A stretch of 53,112 nt of DNA, from the IMG/VR virus record IMGVR_UViG_3300022602_003246, positions 1 through 53,112 of that record. One strand, written 5' to 3'. A program made the position numbers and the translations under genes. Every line of letters starts with the position of its first letter. Position 1 is the first letter of the stretch. Positions 25,016 through 34,690 of the stretch are shown in pieces. The notes under the pieces were generated by a model. The model was not told the origin of the DNA. It did no database searches and saw only the letters and a program-made list of their open reading frames with translations. The DNA is from a virus (Duplodnaviria > Caudoviricetes).

Positions 25016-25371
25016 CCAAAATTGTATATAATGCGTGTCACGGCGAATTTGGATTGAGCCATGAGGCTACCATGCGGTATGGCGAACTTGCCAATCTTAA
25101 CATTCTGTATGTTGAGGGCGATCATAGATGGAATAGCCATTACTACAAGGATGGCATTGAAGACGATGACCATTATTTTTCTAGTCGTGATATTGAACGC
25201 ACTGATCCGCTACTAGTGCAGGTTGTAGAAGAATTAGGTGCAGCAGCAAACGGTGATTTTGCTCGGTTGGCTATCCGTGAATTGGCACCTGGTACGCAGT
25301 ATCGTATTGATGAATATGATGGTATGGAAAGCGTAATGACCATTGATGATTATGAGTGGAGCATTGCTTGA
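25012..25371 (+). CDS. Conserved phage hypothetical protein
   Basis: KIVYNACHGEFGLS...RTDPLLVQVVEELG...IDEYDGMES. Confidence 0.65.
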   Translation: MTKIVYNACHGEFGLSHEATMRYGELANLNILYVEGDHRWNSHYYKDGIEDDDHYFSSRDIERTDPLLVQVVEELGAAANGDFARLAIRELAPGTQYRIDEYDGMESVMTIDDYEWSIA

Positions 25372-25580
25372 TAAAGTGGGTTAAAGAATTATGTGAACGT
25401 GATGCGCCACCTATGTTATGGCCGCTTGGCACCATTATTATTTGTGCTGTCACTAATTTATTTTTCTTGACACTTTACGCAATCAGTGTTATGCTGTTTA
25501 CATACGTTATGGGATTATTGGCTGGCGCTGCTGTTATGTATATGGCTATGCGTCTTTATCGTGAGAAGGGTAAGTCGTGA
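25356..25580 (+). CDS. Membrane protein (start may be TTG 25368)
   Basis: Two hydrophobic segments. Confidence 0.55.
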   Translation: MEHCLIKWVKELCERDAPPMLWPLGTIIICAVTNLFFLTLYAISVMLFTYVMGLLAGAAVMYMAMRLYREKGKS

Positions 25581-25816
25581 GAAAGTATTTTACCGTTTGG
25601 AATTTGTATATATTGCTTTGTGCTGCAATTTTTTGTTTGACATTTTATCAAATGGGGCTGCCTTATGAACCAAAAGATGACAGCGATGGTCTGCATGAAA
25701 ACAGTCACATGGAAGTTTATACTGATCATCTAACAGGTTGTCAGTATCTGTATCGTTGGTCGCTAACACCACGCATGGGTGCGGATGGCAAACAGATTTG
25801 TAAGAAAGTAAATTAA
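25577..25816 (+). CDS. Membrane-anchored hypothetical protein
   Basis: N-terminal TM; DHLTGCQYL...LTPR. Confidence 0.6.
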   Translation: MRKYFTVWNLYILLCAAIFCLTFYQMGLPYEPKDDSDGLHENSHMEVYTDHLTGCQYLYRWSLTPRMGADGKQICKKVN

Positions 25817-25817
25817 G

Positions 25818-26144
25818 ATGAAAAAGATTATACTCGCAGCAGCATTGCTGTTTGCAACACCTGTGTTGGCAGAAAAACCAGCAACATTGGTATGCGCTTT
25901 CCAAGACGGGCAAACATTTACTGCTGTTGGCACTGGTAGCAGAACTGTTATTCAGTGGGGCGATGGTTCGTTTTATAATGCCACAAGTAGCTATGTTGAT
26001 CCTTGGTTGACTATTACAGAAGCAACTGATAATGGCAATGTGTTTAAGATGGCATTTAATGTGCGAACAAAAGATGCTTATGGTATTACCACATTCACAA
26101 ATGGAACACAACGCGGTGGTCCATTGTGGTGTGTATTCAAGTAA
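25818..26144 (+). CDS. Secreted hypothetical protein
   Basis: Signal peptide MKKIILAAALLFATPVLA. Confidence 0.65.
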   Translation: MKKIILAAALLFATPVLAEKPATLVCAFQDGQTFTAVGTGSRTVIQWGDGSFYNATSSYVDPWLTITEATDNGNVFKMAFNVRTKDAYGITTFTNGTQRGGPLWCVFK

Positions 26145-26156
26145 AGGAAAATTATT

Positions 26157-26369
26157 ATGGCAAAATCAAAGGAGAAAGTAATGAAGATTAGTGATAAACT
26201 TAGTAAAGTAAATGAAGATATTACTATTAGAATGTATGACAATGGTTATATGTTCGAAATTAGTGGGCGCAACGATGACGATGATTGGAAAAATGCTAAA
26301 ATCATTGTAAGCACAGTTGAAGAACTCGTTGAACTTATCAAAGAAGCAGCGGCAATGGATCGTGACTAA
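26157..26369 (+). CDS. Hypothetical protein
   Basis: AAGGA SD. Confidence 0.6.
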   Translation: MAKSKEKVMKISDKLSKVNEDITIRMYDNGYMFEISGRNDDDDWKNAKIIVSTVEELVELIKEAAAMDRD

Positions 26370-26583
26370 ACATAAATCTAACACTAGGGGCATACAGTTA
26401 CTTTCAAGAGAACTTGATACAATAAAAGAGTGGCTTGATCGTGAGTTACTAATGTGTGCCCATAGTGTTAGGATTATTGTTCGAGATGGTAGTGGTCTTG
26501 GTTCAAGCGTAGAAGCTATTGCCCTTGATGAAAAGGGTGAAGAAATCAAACGCTTAAACGCAACAGCCTATGAGGAATGGTAA
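26362..26583 (+). CDS. Hypothetical protein
   Basis: Probable GTG start overlapping the upstream stop. Confidence 0.5.
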   Translation: MTKHKSNTRGIQLLSRELDTIKEWLDRELLMCAHSVRIIVRDGSGLGSSVEAIALDEKGEEIKRLNATAYEEW

Positions 26584-26774
26584 TGTCAAAAGATGATAGC
26601 GGTTGGTCTTATTCATACTCTTTTAACCAAAGATATATTCACAGTGATTGGGTGCCACAACTCAATGAAGCAGAATTAGAAATGCTGTTTTTATCTGTAA
26701 TGTGTGATGAACTTACAGAAGAAGATTGCAGTGAAGCTGTTCAGATGTTGGAAGACATCGGTATCAAATGCTAA
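26583..26774 (+). CDS. Hypothetical protein
   Basis: TAATG coupling, GAGG SD. Confidence 0.55.
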   Translation: MSKDDSGWSYSYSFNQRYIHSDWVPQLNEAELEMLFLSVMCDELTEEDCSEAVQMLEDIGIKC

Positions 26775-26894
26775 ATAATATTAAGGTTAACCTATTAGGC
26801 ACCTTTTTTGTATATAACTAGCTTATTGTAAACTTATATAACGTAATTAACTAGCTTAATTTAGATGTAAAAAAATAATATAATTCTAAAAAAT

Positions 26895-26927
26895 AGCACC
26901 AGTGGAGAAATCTGCTGGTGCTTTTTT
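26895..26927 (+). terminator. Rho-independent terminator
   Basis: AGCACCAGTGGA-GAAA-TCTGCTGGTGCT followed by a T tract. Confidence 0.8.
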
Positions 26928-26963
26928 ATATGGTAAATACCATATCCAACAAAGGAAACTTCT

Positions 26964-27797
26964 ATGAAGAAAATTCTATTAATTATTGCCGCACTTATGG
27001 TTCCATCATTCGCTTATGCATGGAATCAGCGTCCAAATCAACCAGATGCTGTATGCACCGCTTTCATGCCATTTGGTAAAGTTACTGATACACAAAAGCA
27101 CGATACCACACCACTCTGCCGTCAAGGTTATTATGTTCAGCATGATAATGCTGCTAAAGAACCACTATGGGCAGCTTGGGAAATTACTCCACAACATGTA
27201 AACGGTTGCGTTCCACGCAGTAATGCTTTTACTGCTGATAATGCACTGTCTGCTGACAAGCGTTCAACACCACAAGATTATGTTGGTAGCGGATATGATC
27301 AAGGTCATATTGCTAATGATGCACATCAATCTTGGGACCAACAAGTTGAATATGAATCATTCCTAATGAGTAACATGTCACCACAGTTGCCAGGTCTAAA
27401 TCGTGGTATCTGGAAGTTGTTAGAAACTTCAACTGGTGCATGGACATTCTCACGCAATCACACTTTACTCATTTATGCTGGTAACATTTATACCGTTGGT
27501 AAAGATAAAACAATCGGTGCCGACAAAGTAACTGTTCCACATCAATTATGGAAGATTGTTATTGATACACAAACCAAAGAAGTTCTTGCGTTCTTGTTCC
27601 CACAAGCAGAAAATCAAGGCAATGACTTAACTAAGGTTCAGGTTAGCGTTGCTGATGTTGAAGCCGCAAGTGGTTTAGTATTTCCACTACCACCTGGTGC
27701 TGACAAAAAAGCAAAGCCTGCTCTTTGGCCAGTTGACTTTAAAGCAGTTGCTGCTGCAAAGAAGACTCTTTGCAAGGGCATGATTGATAACGACTAA
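26964..27797 (+). CDS. Secreted DNA/RNA non-specific endonuclease (NucA/Serratia family)
   Basis: Signal peptide; YDQGHIA, SNMSPQ...LNRGIW..LE and VPHQLWK. Confidence 0.9.
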   Translation: MKKILLIIAALMVPSFAYAWNQRPNQPDAVCTAFMPFGKVTDTQKHDTTPLCRQGYYVQHDNAAKEPLWAAWEITPQHVNGCVPRSNAFTADNALSADKRSTPQDYVGSGYDQGHIANDAHQSWDQQVEYESFLMSNMSPQLPGLNRGIWKLLETSTGAWTFSRNHTLLIYAGNIYTVGKDKTIGADKVTVPHQLWKIVIDTQTKEVLAFLFPQAENQGNDLTKVQVSVADVEAASGLVFPLPPGADKKAKPALWPVDFKAVAAAKKTLCKGMIDND

Positions 27798-28378
27798 TGA
27801 ATATTTTTCCTGTGGGCAATAGCAATAACTTGTATAGAGTTACTGATGTTTTCCCACAGGAAATTATAGATTTTTGTAATAGCGCAAATTGGAATTCTTA
27901 TCTTTGGACAACACAACAAGGTCAAGAAACACTTCCAAGACTACTTTTAAATTTAAATAGTTGTCCAGAACTCGCAATTCTAAAAAATATAAGTTATAAG
28001 ATTGCAATAGAATTGCAAGAAAAATTGCATTGGAATTTTGAAAATCCTAATAGAATTGTAACAAGTGTTTGGCGTGATACGCATGGTTATGCAGCACCTA
28101 TCCACAGAGATTTTAATGAAGATGAAGTAAAAGCAAAAGGTTATTTTAATATTCCAGTTAGTATGCAAATATATTTGAGCCAGAGTAGCAGCGACATAGG
28201 AACAAAATTTTATTATGATCGTGAAAAGTCTTTACCAAAATACTTTTTTCCATATGAGATAAACACAGGTTATCTACAAGTAAACGATTATGATCAGTGG
28301 CACGAAATGATTGGCAATATTGGCAAAGATGAAGATAGAATAAGTTGCCATCTAATTTTTTCTAATCTGTTAAAATAA
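27797..28378 (+). CDS. 2OG-Fe(II) oxygenase-like protein
   Basis: HxD (IHRD), MQIYL, GTKFY and distal WH...R. Confidence 0.6.
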   Translation: MNIFPVGNSNNLYRVTDVFPQEIIDFCNSANWNSYLWTTQQGQETLPRLLLNLNSCPELAILKNISYKIAIELQEKLHWNFENPNRIVTSVWRDTHGYAAPIHRDFNEDEVKAKGYFNIPVSMQIYLSQSSSDIGTKFYYDREKSLPKYFFPYEINTGYLQVNDYDQWHEMIGNIGKDEDRISCHLIFSNLLK

Positions 28379-28386
28379 GTAATAGT

Positions 28387-28824
28387 ATGACTGATAAAAT
28401 TCTATATTTTGCTTATGGGCATAATACCAATATACCTGAATTAAAAAATCGTATTCCAAAAGCAAAACGCATTGGAGTCGCTGTTGCACCAAATCAGCAA
28501 TTAGAAATAAATCATTATACTAATATCGTAGCAAAAGACGGCGCAAAAACCTATGGTGTGTTGTGGGCAGTAGATACCGATTCGCTTAAAGTTTTAGATT
28601 GGTATGAAGGCGACGGCAAAGATTATAGCCACGCTTTTATTGAAGTGCTATATAACGGTAATTTATATAAAGTTTTAACTTATGTAATGATCACAAGCAG
28701 AAGTGATATAAACCGCGAGCCGTCGCTAAAATATTTAAAACATGTATATGATGGGTATAAGATGAATGGAATACCCGAAGACCAATTAAGCATTGCAGTC
28801 AGAAATCGTCAAGAAAATTATTGA
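28387..28824 (+). CDS. Gamma-glutamylcyclotransferase (AIG2-like), second copy
   Basis: LYFAYGHN, YGVLW and LDWYEG. Confidence 0.8.
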   Translation: MTDKILYFAYGHNTNIPELKNRIPKAKRIGVAVAPNQQLEINHYTNIVAKDGAKTYGVLWAVDTDSLKVLDWYEGDGKDYSHAFIEVLYNGNLYKVLTYVMITSRSDINREPSLKYLKHVYDGYKMNGIPEDQLSIAVRNRQENY

Positions 28825-28855
28825 CACGTCTTAACTAATAACCTATATTAGTTGT

Positions 28856-29047
28856 ATGAAGAAAATTGATCACTTACATATGACTCATAAATTGCTTGAC
28901 GACCAGATTGATGAATTGGAACGCAAGCACCAATTTCCCGATGCACAAGAAGAAAAGATGATTGCCGATTTAAAAAAGCGGCGATTGCAAATTCGTGATG
29001 ACATCAAAACATTGGAGAGCGAAGATGCCGTTCAAGCCAGACACTAG
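28856..29047 (+). CDS. YdcH/DUF465-like coiled-coil protein
   Basis: HKLLDDQI...LKKRRLQIRDDI. Confidence 0.65.
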   Translation: MKKIDHLHMTHKLLDDQIDELERKHQFPDAQEEKMIADLKKRRLQIRDDIKTLESEDAVQARH

Positions 29048-29297
29048 AGTTCTTAAAAAGTTTGCACAATATATGGTTTATGGAATTTTAATATTTGTCT
29101 TTGCATTTGGTTTGCTATTTGGACTTGAGATACTTTCATATTATTTGTTTGATAGTCCGCTACCATTTTTATTTTTTTTAATTTTTATGGGTCTTAGTGG
29201 AAGTGTTTATATGATGGCAAAAGAACGTGTGGAAAGTGAACGCTCTAATGAACAGCGTCTTGTTGATACTTTGCGACATAATAATGAAATGATATAA
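29025..29297 (+). CDS. Two-TM membrane protein
   Basis: Hydrophobic segments; GGAG SD. Confidence 0.6.
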   Translation: MPFKPDTRVLKKFAQYMVYGILIFVFAFGLLFGLEILSYYLFDSPLPFLFFLIFMGLSGSVYMMAKERVESERSNEQRLVDTLRHNNEMI

Positions 29298-29320
29298 CAT
29301 AAATTTTACATAAAATGGGC

Positions 29321-29349
29321 TTGACAACGGTACAAAACTGTGATATACT
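29321..29349 (+). promoter_or_regulatory. sigma70-like promoter
   Basis: TTGACA-17 nt-TATACT, TG extended -10. Confidence 0.6.
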
Positions 29350-29380
29350 GCTAGGCAGTTGTGAAATCAGGGGTATTCCT

Positions 29381-29776
29381 ATGACCATGCATCTACTACC
29401 AGCCTATTACACCAGCACTCGAACCGTCAAATCACAGTCTAAAACTGTCAAAAAATTGACACCCCATGATGAATGGCTTATGAAGCGCGGTTTGCACCCT
29501 TCACAAATTGCCGCTAAAAAGCTTGTGGTTGGAGAACATAAAAATGATTTACCAGATTATTCTGTGGACCGTAATAGCGGTAAACTTAGCAATGGCATCG
29601 GCAATGGTTTTGCAAGGGGCATCATGACCAACTTGCATAAGGAAAGCCCCGAAGTGCAAAAAGAAATTTTGGCAAAGGCAAGTCGCTGTATGCCACTTTT
29701 TAACAAGGGTGGCTATCAATATGCTTCGCCAGAAACAGATATGACTACAGTAGGAAGTAAGAGCAGACGAGGATGA
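29381..29776 (+). CDS. Hypothetical protein
   Basis: MTMHLLPAYY...NKGGYQY. Confidence 0.6.
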   Translation: MTMHLLPAYYTSTRTVKSQSKTVKKLTPHDEWLMKRGLHPSQIAAKKLVVGEHKNDLPDYSVDRNSGKLSNGIGNGFARGIMTNLHKESPEVQKEILAKASRCMPLFNKGGYQYASPETDMTTVGSKSRRG

Positions 29777-30024
29777 ATAACCCACAAAGTGCAAACGGTA
29801 TAAGTGGCGTTCTGCTACCATCATTTTCTGGTGGTTTGTGGATATTCCGTGTTTATCATGAAGATGGTGAATTTACTGATTATGATATTTACCATAGCGA
29901 TCTGACAATTACAATCAATGATGCAGATGCTTATTTTTATAAAACAAAAGACGGAGCATTGCTTGACCATTCTCCGCAAACTTTAGGTCGTGTAGGAAGT
30001 GGTAATGACTACTTGGATTTATGA
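29773..30024 (+). CDS. Hypothetical protein
   Basis: Coupled ORF. Confidence 0.6.
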   Translation: MNNPQSANGISGVLLPSFSGGLWIFRVYHEDGEFTDYDIYHSDLTITINDADAYFYKTKDGALLDHSPQTLGRVGSGNDYLDL

Positions 30025-30283
30025 AAGTCCAGATGGCGGGAAAACTGTGACTCGTCGTCCATTTGGAACCAACGATCCAAATGATAAAGAGATTCGTGTG
30101 CGTATCAATATGCTGCCACATAATGAACGTGAAGAAATTTGGACTACTAAAAATGCAGCAAATGATATTATAGAAAATGCTTTTATGGAAGCACTTATCC
30201 GTGAACAAAATCCAACTGTTATGGAAGCATGGGAACAATATCAAGTGTTACTAAATTTAGCAAGAGAACATCAAAAGGTATAA
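30005..30283 (+). CDS. Hypothetical protein
   Basis: IYESPDGGKTV motif. Confidence 0.6.
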   Translation: MTTWIYESPDGGKTVTRRPFGTNDPNDKEIRVRINMLPHNEREEIWTTKNAANDIIENAFMEALIREQNPTVMEAWEQYQVLLNLAREHQKV

Positions 30284-30291
30284 TTATTATC

Positions 30292-30861
30292 ATGCAAGAA
30301 ATTTTTGAAAATATAGCCGCAAACATTCATACTAACAGCCAGATGATACCATTCATTGAGTATTGTCGTCGTGTTAAAACAATTACAATAGTTGGATTTG
30401 GTGATGGATTAAGCACACTTTGTGCATTAGCCGCAAAACCAGACCGCATTACAGTATATGACCATGCTCAAGTTGACATCAGTGATTATCAGGATTTAGC
30501 TAACGAATATGGTATTCAGTTTGTATTCATCAATCAGCAAATTTTAGATGTTGAAACTATCCAAGAAACCGATATGCTATTCATTGATAGTTTCCAAGAA
30601 GGCAATTATGTGTTTACAGTATGCACTCGCTTTGCACAATTTGTAAATCGTTATATCTGTGCAAACAACTCTTACAATTTTGCTCATATGCCTAACCCAC
30701 AGGTTCAACTTGGTCAAGGCGCACAAGCAATTGGTATCGTATTTGGTCTTAATAGCTTCCTACAAAATAGTGATCCATGGCACATTGCTGAAAACATGTA
30801 TTGGGCACCAGGTTTAACTATTCTATATCGCAAAAAGGATTTGCTTGATGCTGGACACTAA
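30292..30861 (+). CDS. Methyltransferase-fold protein (divergent)
   Basis: IVGFGDGLST, TDMLFID and GLTIL. Confidence 0.5.
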   Translation: MQEIFENIAANIHTNSQMIPFIEYCRRVKTITIVGFGDGLSTLCALAAKPDRITVYDHAQVDISDYQDLANEYGIQFVFINQQILDVETIQETDMLFIDSFQEGNYVFTVCTRFAQFVNRYICANNSYNFAHMPNPQVQLGQGAQAIGIVFGLNSFLQNSDPWHIAENMYWAPGLTILYRKKDLLDAGH

Positions 30862-31273
30862 TGTTTTAGATTTGTTAAAAGGTTTAGATGCAGTTTTAGT
30901 AAGCAGAGACCCAACTGTAATTGATGCGTTTACACAAGCACTTGTGCTAAGCAAGATTGCAGAACCAAATGGTTTGCATGGTCCGTTGCAAAAAATGTAT
31001 TATGAATTGTGTTCAATTCGCCGTGAATTATACCAGTTAAAATGGGATATGGAAGCACGGCAACAAATAAACGTGGATGGTGCTAAATGGGTTAGTCCAT
31101 ATCCTTCTTATACTACTACAACTGCTGATCTATCGGGTTATTGGCGTGAACCAAATATGTATTTTGGTGGTATTAAAGATACAACCGTAGAAGCAGCATC
31201 GCCATCTGATCCAGATGCTTTTATTCTAACCGACCCTGACACTGGCGATAGCATGAGTGTAAAATATAAGTAA
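30848..31273 (+). CDS. Hypothetical protein
   Basis: ORF in operon context. Confidence 0.55.
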   Translation: MLDTNVLDLLKGLDAVLVSRDPTVIDAFTQALVLSKIAEPNGLHGPLQKMYYELCSIRRELYQLKWDMEARQQINVDGAKWVSPYPSYTTTTADLSGYWREPNMYFGGIKDTTVEAASPSDPDAFILTDPDTGDSMSVKYK

Positions 31274-31276
31274 TCT

Positions 31277-31492
31277 ATGGCAAAAGAAGAACTAATTACA
31301 TTTGAAGGTAAAGTTGTGGAAGTTTTACCAAATGGTGTATTCAGGGTAGAAATAAACGAGCACATTGTTCTTGCTTACACAAGTGGCAATATTCGTAAAA
31401 ATAAGATTAAGATTATTCAAGATGATCGTGTAAGCGTTGAATTGAGTCCTTATGATTTAACTCGTGGTCGTATAACTTATCGTTTTAAATAA
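31277..31492 (+). CDS. infA: Translation initiation factor IF-1
   Basis: [19 protein letters not shown]...[18 protein letters not shown]. Confidence 0.95.
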   Translation: MAKEELITFEGKVVEVLPNGVFRVEINEHIVLAYTSGNIRKNKIKIIQDDRVSVELSPYDLTRGRITYRFK

Positions 31493-31503
31493 AAAAAAAA
31501 ATA

Positions 31504-32064
31504 TTAATTTTTTAATTTTTGAGAATACATTTTTTTCAAAGATTCTGATATTTTCATTTTAATTTCATCCGTCATTTTATATGTTGATTTTCCTTTTCTT
31601 ACAGCAGACATCCTCTGTTTTGTTTCTTGCGATAATTTTTTTCCAAGTTTAGAATTTTTTATTTTTTCTATGGTTTCTTGTGTTCTTGGTCCTCTCTTTT
31701 TTCCTTTAAAGTGTGACGGTCTTCCTTTGAGAGTGTTTGAAGTTTTATTTTTTGTTTCTTGACTTCTCTTATTTCCATTTGAACCTTCTCCTCCATCCGT
31801 GCGATTTAATAATATTCCAGTATTATTATCTTTACGACCATACCAAGCAATCATTCGGCGTTCTATTGCCAATGCACCGATTTCAGTTAAATTGTGTTCA
31901 AGTATAATAATTTTAGATTGATCTTTTGGTTTTGTTATATTATAATGCTTCGTATAGGCTCTTAGTTGATGCCCCTTACCAATATAATATGGAGTTAAAT
32001 CACTTGCTCTTATATAAGCATATACATAATATCCACTTGGTGGATTTTGTTTGGTAAATACCAT
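31504..32064 (-). CDS. Free-standing GIY-YIG-like homing endonuclease with NUMOD3 repeats
   Basis: True start [21 protein letters not shown]; N-terminal half closely similar to 8900-9535. Confidence 0.8.
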   Translation of the reverse strand: MVFTKQNPPSGYYVYAYIRASDLTPYYIGKGHQLRAYTKHYNITKPKDQSKIIILEHNLTEIGALAIERRMIAWYGRKDNNTGILLNRTDGGEGSNGNKRSQETKNKTSNTLKGRPSHFKGKKRGPRTQETIEKIKNSKLGKKLSQETKQRMSAVRKGKSTYKMTDEIKMKISESLKKMYSQKLKN

Positions 32065-32130
32065 TGCTGTTGCCCTCCCAGGCGATAGAGTAGATAGGAC
32101 TGCGAATCCGTGATCTACACTATTATTTAT
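32065..32130 (-). ncRNA. Conserved structured leader, copy 2, with late promoter
   Basis: ATAAATAATAGT-GTAGAT-CAC-GGATTCGCAGTCC-T-ATCTAC-TCTAT-C-GCC-TGGGAG-GGC-AACAGCA-ATG. Confidence 0.75.
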
Positions 32131-32156
32131 ATATTTTTTACATAGGTTTAAATAAA

Positions 32157-32504
32157 ATGCAAGCAGTAACACTTACAGAAGCAGCAAGAACACATATTCG
32201 TCGCACTCTTATTGATATTGATAAACCATATCTTGTATTTGGATTACAAGGTGGCGGTTGTGCTGGTTTTGAATATTTTTGGCAACCAGCAGATGATGAA
32301 CTTTATTCTGAAAAAGGTTCACCAGATATTGATGAAATGATTAGCGTGGGTGAAGGTAAAAGTCTTATTGTAGATGGAACTTCACTTGTTTACCTAATTG
32401 GCAGTGAAATAGATTATAAAAATGATTTTATTAGCAGCCAACTTGTGGTCAACAACCCAATAGCAAAGTCTAGTTGCGGTTGCGGAACATCAATTAGTGT
32501 GTAA
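32157..32504 (+). CDS. A-type Fe-S cluster carrier (IscA/HesB family)
   Basis: GGGCAGFEY...[13 protein letters not shown]. Confidence 0.9.
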   Translation: MQAVTLTEAARTHIRRTLIDIDKPYLVFGLQGGGCAGFEYFWQPADDELYSEKGSPDIDEMISVGEGKSLIVDGTSLVYLIGSEIDYKNDFISSQLVVNNPIAKSSCGCGTSISV

Positions 32505-32509
32505 AAATT

Positions 32510-32541
32510 ACTCCTGCTAAATATTGTGCAGGAGTTTTTTT
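32510..32541 (+). promoter_or_regulatory. Hairpin/terminator with late promoter in the loop and SD in the 3' arm
   Basis: ACTCCTGC-TAAATATTGT-GCAGGAGT-TTTTTT-ATG. Confidence 0.7.
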
Positions 32542-34659
32542 ATGGCACAAGAGGTTATTAATGTTGGTGCATTTCCCAATGATGGCACTGGCGACCCGCT
32601 AAGAACAGCATTATTAAAAACAAATAACAATTTTAGTCGCTTGTTCAGCACAGTTGGTAGCGTTGATACGTATACCACAAATACTCCTGGCGCAAATTTA
32701 GTATTACAGCCCACTTTTAATGCAAACGTATTGATTGGCGTTGGTAGTGCACTTGTAGCCAATGCTACTTGGTTCACTGGTATGACTGCCAATAATGCTA
32801 CATTTTATGGTCAAATTACTACCAATGGTGTTTATCCAATCATTGGTAACTTGAGCGGAACTGCAAGCACTGCTACAGTTGCAACTACAGCACTTTATGC
32901 CGCTACTGCTGGAACTGCTATTAATGCACAGAATTTCACAGGTAACAACCTACCAAATGTTAATACTATTGGTAATTTGATTGCCGCAAACATTGCTATC
33001 GCAAACATTGGAACTCTTTATAGCAATAGTAACATTTATGCAAGCGGTAACCTAACTACAAGTGGATATGTTACTGGTAATGGTTATTATTTGAGTGGTC
33101 TAAATGGCATTACACCAAGTGCATATGGCAACACCAATGTTGCTGCTTACCTTACAACTTACAATGGTAAAGTCGTAGCAAGTAATGTTTATGGTTATCT
33201 TAATGGTGCCGTAGGTGCTAATGGTGCAAATAGCGGTTCATTCACAACTATTGTAACCACAGGTAATACAACAGTCGGTGGCAATCTTTATATTGGTAGT
33301 GCTTTATTATATACACCTGCTTATGCTAACCTACAATATGGTGGAAATGATAACAGCTTCTTCCAGTTTGTAGCACAAAACGCAAACAATGGCAGTCAAG
33401 CAACAACTGATTATGTTGCTGTAGCAAATAATGGTAGCGATACCGACACATTTATTGATTTTGGTATTACAAGCAGCGGATACAATCAGGCTGCATATAA
33501 TCTAACCAGTGCCAATGATGGTTATCTTTATGTTCAAGGCAACACTACAACTGGTGGTGGTAATCTTGTTCTTTCAACCTATACACTGAATGATATTGTA
33601 TTCTCACTTGCTGGTGGTGCAACTGCCAATGAAATTGGTCGTTTCCGTGCTAACACAAATAGCTTTGTAGTAAGCAGCACAACTGCTGCAACAAATCAAA
33701 CAACTGGTGCAGTAATTGTTAAGGGTGGTATGGGCGTTGCTGGCAATGTTTATGCAACATACTTTGTTGGCAATGGTGCCGCACTAACTGGTCTTTACAG
33801 CAATACACAAGCTGCAAGTTATCTGCTTGGAAATATTTCTTACGGTAACATTTCTGTAAATGGGGTGGCAGCAAGTGGAAATGTAAGCGCACTATATTAT
33901 ATTGGTAATGGTGCTGCACTAACTGGTTTATACAGTAATGTTCAAGCAAGTGCTTATCTTGGCACATACCTACCCACATATAGCGGTAATTTAACTGCTG
34001 GCAATCTTGTTGCAACTGGCAATGTTGGTGGCACATACTTTATCGGCAATGGTAGCCTATTGACTGGTATGTACGGCAATACACAAGTTGCATCTTATCT
34101 GCCAAGTTATAGTGGTAATATAAATGCAGGAAATGTTAATATAACTGGCAATGTTAGCGCAACATACTTTGTTGGTAGCGCACAATATCTAACTGGACTT
34201 TACAGCAATGCAAGTGTTGCAAATTATCTGCCAACTTATTATACAAATGCAAACATTGCAGCTAATGGCGTTAGTAGCACAAGCTATGTGTTAGGTTATA
34301 TTACTATTAACGGCTATGGATTTGCAAATCTTGCCAACACAACAAGCAATACAACAACACTTTATGGCAACGTGTCAACGCTGATTCTTGATAATACTGC
34401 TGGCGCAACAGTTGCTGTAGCAAACATTTATCTACCAGCAAATGCAAACTTAAGTGATGGAACAAGAATTACAATTGGTAGCAATATTACTGTAAGTAGC
34501 TTGCGCATTATTGCAAATGATAGTTCTGTAAGCGGTAATATATCAAGCATAACACCTACAACACCTGCAAGTTGGCATTATGTAAAATATGCTCCTTACA
34601 ATGGTAATCCTGTGCCACAACAATTGCCTGGCGGACCTCGTTGGATACGCATTGGTTAA
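32542..34659 (+). CDS. Baseplate/tail fibre protein (T4 gp9/gp10-like N-terminus)
   Basis: INVGAFPNDGTGDPLRTA; Gly/Asn-rich internal repeats. Confidence 0.75.
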   Translation: MAQEVINVGAFPNDGTGDPLRTALLKTNNNFSRLFSTVGSVDTYTTNTPGANLVLQPTFNANVLIGVGSALVANATWFTGMTANNATFYGQITTNGVYPIIGNLSGTASTATVATTALYAATAGTAINAQNFTGNNLPNVNTIGNLIAANIAIANIGTLYSNSNIYASGNLTTSGYVTGNGYYLSGLNGITPSAYGNTNVAAYLTTYNGKVVASNVYGYLNGAVGANGANSGSFTTIVTTGNTTVGGNLYIGSALLYTPAYANLQYGGNDNSFFQFVAQNANNGSQATTDYVAVANNGSDTDTFIDFGITSSGYNQAAYNLTSANDGYLYVQGNTTTGGGNLVLSTYTLNDIVFSLAGGATANEIGRFRANTNSFVVSSTTAATNQTTGAVIVKGGMGVAGNVYATYFVGNGAALTGLYSNTQAASYLLGNISYGNISVNGVAASGNVSALYYIGNGAALTGLYSNVQASAYLGTYLPTYSGNLTAGNLVATGNVGGTYFIGNGSLLTGMYGNTQVASYLPSYSGNINAGNVNITGNVSATYFVGSAQYLTGLYSNASVANYLPTYYTNANIAANGVSSTSYVLGYITINGYGFANLANTTSNTTTLYGNVSTLILDNTAGATVAVANIYLPANANLSDGTRITIGSNITVSSLRIIANDSSVSGNISSITPTTPASWHYVKYAPYNGNPVPQQLPGGPRWIRIG

Positions 34660-34690
34660 TCCATAAATATCCTTGTGGAGCAGTTACGGT

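Noticed and set aside
32065-32172. N-terminal extension of ORF 31504-32172 in the ORF track
   Set aside because: Homology with the other two copies places the start at 32064. The extension is the promoter and structured leader.
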